Source of the DNA: Scyliorhinus canicula
Taxonomy: Eukaryota
DNA length: 64,000 nucleotides
Direction of reading: 5' to 3'
NCBI RefSeq assembly: GCF_902713615.1
Contig: NW_024055654.1
Coordinates: forward strand, 310,001 to 374,000
The notes below the pieces were generated by a model that worked only from the letters and a program-made list of their open reading frames with translations, ran no database searches and was not told the DNA's origin. Below are positions 60,459-64,000 of the stretch, piece after piece (position 1 is the first letter of the stretch; each line of letters begins with the position of its first letter). The position numbers and the translations under genes were made by a program.

Positions 60459-61330
60459 TCACTCAAAAGTTTAACCTCAATTCCACATTCCTGCCGATCC
60501 CGATAACCTTGCTTATCAAGAATCTATCCATCCCTGCCTCAAAAATATTCAAGGACTCTACTTCCACTGCTTTTTAAGGGCGGTAGTTCCAAAGTCATAG
60601 AATTCCTCCAGTGCAGAAGGAGCCCAATCGACCTCCATCGAGTCTGCACCAACCTTCTGAAAGAGCACCCCACCCAGGCCCACCCTATCCCACCCCTCAT
60701 CCTCATAACCCCACCCAACGTCCATATCCTTGGAGATGAAGTGGCAATTTCACATGGCTAATCCACCTAACCTGCACATCTAAAATAATCTTATAATAAT
60801 CTTTATTGTCACAAGTAGGCTTACATTAACACTACAATGACGTTACTGTGAAAAGTCCCTTTGAACTGTGAGAGGAAAACGGAGCTCCCTAGGGAACCCA
60901 CACAGATACAGTGCAAACTCCACACAACTACCCAGGGTTAGAATTGAACCTGGGTCCCTGGTGCTGTGAGGCAGTAGTTCTAATCACTTTGCCACCTCCT
61001 GTCTTACGAACCTCAAGAGAAAAGAAAATCCTCATCTCCATCTAAAATGGGTGACCCCTCTCTTTGCAATATTGACCCCCTTGTTCCAGATTCTCCCACA
61101 AGAGGAAACATCCACCCTGTCAAGACCCATCAGCATCTTATATCGTTCAATCCAGGTTTTACCCAAAACTTTAAATCTGTTTCCCGACTGCTTGTACGAT
61201 CAGTGAATGGAAACAGTTTCTTTGTCCACCTGATCGAAACCTGGCATAATCTTGTGGACCTGAATCAAATCTCCCCTCAACCTCCTTTGCTGGAACCATG
61301 TCTGGTAAATCTCCTCTGCAACTTCTCCAA

Positions 61331-62625
61331 GAACATAGAACGATACAGCGCAGTACAGGCCCTTCGGCCCTCGATGTTGCACCGACATGGAAAAAAAAAC
61401 TAAGGCCATCTAACCTACACTATGCCCTTATCATCCATATGCTTATCCAACAAATTTTTAAATGCCCTCAATGTTGGCGAGTTCACTACTGTTGCAGGTA
61501 GGGCATTCCACGGCCTCACCACTCTTTGCGTAAAAAACCCATCTCTGACCTCTGTCCTATATCTATTACCCCTCAATTTAAGGCTATGTCCCCTCGTGCT
61601 AGCCACCTCCATCCGCGGGAGAAGGCTCTCGCTGTCCACCCTATCTAACCCTCTGATCATTTGTATGCCTCTATTAAGTCACCTCTTAACCTTCTTCTCT
61701 CTAACGAAAACAACCTCAAGTCCATCAGCCCTTTCCTCATAAGATTTTCCCTCCATGCCAGGCAACATCCTGGTAAATCTCCTCTGCACCCCGTCCAAAG
61801 CTTCCACGTCCTTCCTATAATGAGGCGACCAGAAACTGTACGCAATACTCCAAATGCGGCCGTACTAGAGTTTTGTACAACTGCAACATGACCTCATGGC
61901 TCCGGGAACTCAATCCTCTACCAATAAAGGCCAACACACCATAGCCTTCTTCACAACCCTATCAACCTGGGTGGCAACTTTCAGGGATCTATGTACATGG
62001 ACACCGAGATCCCTCTGCTCATCCACACTAACCCAGAATTTACCATTAGCCAAATATTCCGCATTCCTGTTATTCTTTCCAAAGTGAATCGCCGCACACT
62101 TCTCCACATTAAACTCCATTTGCCACCTATCAGCCCAGCTCTGCAGCTTATCTATGTCCCTCTGTAACCTGCAACATCCTTCCGCACTGTCTACAACTCC
62201 ACCGACTTATAGTGTCGTCTGCAAATTTACTCACCCATCCTTCTGCGCCCTCCTCTAGGTCATTTATAAAAATGACAAACGCACGGCCCCAGAACAGATC
62301 CTGTGGTACACCACTCGTAACTGAACTCCATTCGTGAACATTTCCCATCAACTACCACTCTCTGTCTTCTTTCACTAGCCAATTTCTGATCCACATCTCT
62401 AAATCACCCTCAATCCCCAGCCTCCGTATTTTCTGCAATAGCCGACCGTGGGGAACCTTATCAAACGCTTTACTGAATCCATAGACACCACATCAACTGC
62501 TCTAACCTCGTCTACCTGTTCAGTCACCTCTCAGAGAACTCGATAAGGTTTGTGAGGCATGAACTACCCTTCACAAAACCATGCTGACTATCCTAATCAT
62601 ATTATTCCTATCTAGATGATTATAA
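61331..62625 (-). mobile_element. CR1-like LINE, ~1.3-kb 3' portion with (TTCTATG) tail
   Basis: SGVPQ, FINDL, SKFADDT, MEFNVEKC, RDLGVHVH, FFTQRVV..WNALP. Confidence 0.9.
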
Positions 62626-62719
62626 ATCGTAATCTTTAAAATCGTATCTTAAATCGACCTTCACATCCTTCCTGAAGAGTGGTGAGCCAGAGCTTTAGAA
62701 GATTCATCGAATAGAATTA

Positions 62720-63058
62720 GAACTATAGAAGTCCTACAGTGCAGAAGGAGGCCAGTTCGGTCCATCGAGTCTGCACTGATTCTCTGAAAGGGCACCCTGC
62801 CTAGGCCCACACCCCTACCCTGTCCCTGTGACCCCATAGCCCCATCTAACCTGCACATCCCTGGACACTAAGGGGCAATTTATCAAGGACAATCCACCTA
62901 ACTTTCCCTTTGGACTGTTAGAGTAAACCTGAGCACCGGGTGGAAACCCACGCAGACATGGGGAGAAAGTGCAAACTCCACACAGACAGTCACCAACGCC
63001 GGAATTGAACCCGGGTCCCTGGCACTGTGAGGCAGCAGTGCTAATCACTGTGCCACCA
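62720..63058 (-). mobile_element. SINE, paralogous insertion to 27025-27337
   Basis: Shared flank (ccagaagcatagttt). Confidence 0.8.
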
Positions 63059-63458
63059 GAAGCATAGTTTATTTCTCAATATTACTGTTGATGAAGTTCA
63101 GATCGAATTTCCTTTGCCAACTACTCTCTCAATATGCCTTGTAGACATACAAAATCCCTCTTCACCTCTTTCACTCTCCTCCCAAAGAGGCCAGTTGGTT
63201 TTTTATGACAATCCAGCAGTTTTCATGGTCACTTTTTCCCAGAGCCGGCCCCACAAATACCAGATTCATTCAGCCCAATTTCACAACCTGCCTTTGTGTT
63301 TTGTGCTTCTCTCTCACTCCCTATTTTCTGTTTTCAATCAGTTTCACAGGGTTTTCGAAGGGCAGGATTCAAAGATCTGGAAACTCAAACCAAGCATCAC
63401 ATCAGGATCTGACAGAGTACTCAACTTATCACATCCTGAATATCATCGTACTTTGAAC

Positions 63459-64000
63459 ATGGAAGGAAAAAGCATTGTTCACAGTGGGGAGAAACCATAC
63501 ACGTGTTGTGTGTGTGGACGAGGATTCGCTCGATCATCAGGCCTCACAAGCCACAAATGCAGTCACACTGAGGAGAAACCGTGGAAATGTGCGGACTGTG
63601 GGAAAGGATTCACTTCCCCATCCAAGCTGGAAACACATAGACGCAGTCACACTGGGGAGAGACCATTCACCTGCTCCAAGTGTGGGAAGGGATTCACTCA
63701 GCCATCTGGTCTGTCCAACACCAGCGATTTCACTCCAGGGAGAGACCATTCACCTGCTCCAAATGTGGGAAGGGATTCCCTCATCATCCGCTCTGTCCAC
63801 ACCAGCGAATTCACACTGGGGAGAGACCATTCATCTGCTCCAAATGTGGGAAGGGATTCATTCAGTCATCCGCTCTGTCCACACACCAGCGAATTCACAC
63901 TGGGGAGAGATCATTCACCTGCTCCAAGTGTGGGAAGGGATTTGCTATTTCATCCAACCTGCAGAACCATCAGCGAGTTCACACTGATGAGAGACCGTTT
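63459..64000 (+). CDS. C2H2 zinc-finger ZNF-6, close paralog of ZNF-A; frameshifted near 63718 and truncated by the window end (pseudogene or sequencing indels)
   Basis: [44 protein letters not shown] nearly identical to ZNF-A; acceptor at 63349; small deletions in fingers 3-4. Confidence 0.65.
   Translation, partial: MEGKSIVHSGEKPYTCCVCGRGFARSSGLTSHKCSHTEEKPWKCADCGKGFTSPSKLETHRRSHTGERPFTCSKCGKGFTQPSGLSNTSDFTPGRDHSPAPNVGRDSLIIRSVHTSEFTLGRDHSSAPNVGRDSFSHPLCPHTSEFTLGRDHSPAPSVGRDLLFHPTCRTISEFTLMRDR

Overview
Eukaryotic vertebrate genomic DNA, most likely a shark (elasmobranch), judged from the HE1/V-SINE-like SINEs and the CR1, Rex-Babar and Penelope content. It is not prokaryotic and has no CRISPR array. 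The window is a cluster of eight effector-less tandem C2H2 zinc-finger units: five with open reading frames, two pseudogenes, and one frameshifted unit truncated by the window end. Six of the eight form three head-to-head pairs around CpG-rich NRF1/YY1/CCAAT promoter cassettes. Embedded in the cluster is a three-coding-exon meiotic RING E3 ligase gene CCNB1IP1/HEI10 (9601-9897, 13218-13548, 20266-20483). Its first coding exon is flanked by tandem copies of its own start-codon region and its own splice-donor region. One upstream ATG copy plus two downstream donor copies are in frame with exon 2 and could give a RING-less isoform. Other notable items are two minimal dimer-type hammerhead ribozyme motifs (Penelope-like), several TE-seeded minisatellites, a TSD-flanked internally deleted Gypsy element, a hAT MITE upstream of HEI10, and one SINE head carrying at least three different tails. 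Repeat boundaries are approximate and family names come from motif recognition, not database searches.
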